From an uncultured Acidimicrobiaceae bacterium (GTDB lineage Bacteria > Actinomycetota > Acidimicrobiia > Spongiisociales > UBA5794): DNA of 24,078 nucleotides. The notes beneath the pieces are model-generated. The model saw only the letters and a list, made by a program, of their open reading frames with translations, was not told where the DNA came from and did no database searches. Numbering within the stretch: the first letter of the stretch is position 1; every line of letters begins with the position of its first letter. Of this stretch, positions 23,154-24,078 are shown piece by piece. Both the position numbers and the translations under genes were made by a program. Location: assembly GCA_947258375.1 (NCBI GenBank), contig CAMYIJ010000056.1, forward strand, positions 1 to 24,078, in the 5' to 3' direction.

Positions 23154-24078
23154 TCAGTCCCGTGGCCCATACACCGGCGACGTGGCGCCCTGCTCGTGGG
23201 CTCCCAGGTCCACCCGGCCAGTCACCTCTGCCCGGTCACCCAGGTTCGACACCCACACGCCCCGGTTGATCGCACGCGATCCGGCCGCCGGGGTCAGATC
23301 CCGTGTGCCCGGGTCCACCTCGACGTCCCACGACGCCGGCAACGCGGCGTCCACCAGCGCGGCAAACGTCAACTCCACGCCATGCGGCTCGACTCCCGCC
23401 GGCAGATCCCCGATGCGGTCGTAGCGCACGTTGTCCCACTTGAACCACGGTCCGCCCGGATCGATCGCTCGCGTCGTTCCCCAGCCGCCGTAATCCAGAT
23501 CACGAAAACCGCCCGGTGAGACCGAGGTGAATTCGAACGCATACCGGGTTCCCATGAAGATGTTGTTGCGCACCACGGCGTTCTGCCAGCCCGCCTGGCC
23601 GGAGAACGCGTTCCCGTTCTGCGCCCCCGTGTTGTTGACGATGAAGAAGCCGCTCGGCTGGTTGTGCATCTTGATCGGCTTCGACTCGGTGTTGAACAGC
23701 TCGTTGCGGAAAATGTACGCCGGGCCCCCGGCGACCGGCTGGATGCTGACCCCCATCCGCGCGTTGAACACCCGGTTGCCGTGGACCCGAACGTTGCGCT
23801 GGTTGTAGTCGACCTCGATGCCGTCATCGACACACCGGTGGGCGTAGTTGCCGCTCACATCGTTGCCATACGACGGGCCGGTGAAAGGCTGCACCGAGAT
23901 GCAGTCGCCGAAGTCGGCAACATCGTTATGGCACACCACGTTGCCCCAGCCGCGCAGATCGATGCCGCGCTCGCCGGGGATACCCTGGCCCGGCCACGCC
24001 GTGCGGCCCCGGATTGTGTTGTCGCATACCGTCTGGTTGCGCTCCCAGCCGTTGCCGCGGCGGTTGATCACGCCGTCA
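23154..24078 (-). CDS. right-handed parallel beta-helix repeat protein (polysaccharide lyase/hydrolase-like), 5' end outside window
   Basis: Periodic beta-helix repeat pattern with N/H/G-rich turns: VCDNTIRG, VVCHNDVADFGD, NYAHRCVDDGIEVD, VHGNRVFNARMGVS, FRNELFNT, FIVNNTG, VVRNNIFMG. The frame stays open to the window edge (upstream codons GAC GGC), so the GTG at 24071 is probably not the true start. Confidence 0.7.
   Translation of the reverse strand, partial: DGVINRRGNGWERNQTVCDNTIRGRTAWPGQGIPGERGIDLRGWGNVVCHNDVADFGDCISVQPFTGPSYGNDVSGNYAHRCVDDGIEVDYNQRNVRVHGNRVFNARMGVSIQPVAGGPAYIFRNELFNTESKPIKMHNQPSGFFIVNNTGAQNGNAFSGQAGWQNAVVRNNIFMGTRYAFEFTSVSPGGFRDLDYGGWGTTRAIDPGGPWFKWDNVRYDRIGDLPAGVEPHGVELTFAALVDAALPASWDVEVDPGTRDLTPAAGSRAINRGVWVSNLGDRAEVTGRVDLGAHEQGATSPVYGPRD

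Overview
This is a high-GC, Actinomycetota-like chromosomal segment, densely coding on both strands. Many short start/stop overlaps (ATGA, GTGA, TGATG) indicate operons. I can support about 25 protein genes:
- two tandem Uma2-family nucleases
- the DEAH helicase HrpB
- a membrane-anchored class III adenylate cyclase
- an FKBP isomerase
- a polytopic membrane protein fused to an EEP phosphoesterase domain
- a VanZ-like protein
- a thioesterase
- a class II Fic protein
- a vapBC toxin-antitoxin pair
- an AraC regulator
- a parallel beta-helix protein cut by the window end

Two loci stand out.

(1) 18358-19312, minus strand. It starts with a near-consensus promoter and a leader carrying three and a half copies of a 15-nt tandem repeat. 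Next is a 75-nt tRNA-like cloverleaf with an initiator-type acceptor stem (unpaired 1:72, A73) but an anticodon loop that cannot be a normal decoder. Then come a PTH2-type peptidyl-tRNA-hydrolase-like gene with no Shine-Dalgarno and a translationally coupled 118-aa unknown. The unit lies tail-to-tail with vapC.

(2) 10307-17151, minus strand. It encodes a surface-anchored lectin-like plus Asp-box double-propeller protein, a coupled five-haem c-type cytochrome lipoprotein, an ECF sigma factor and a coupled single-pass membrane partner.

I recognised no rRNA, CRISPR array, transposase or integrase. All functional calls come from motif recognition by eye and none has been verified by a database search.
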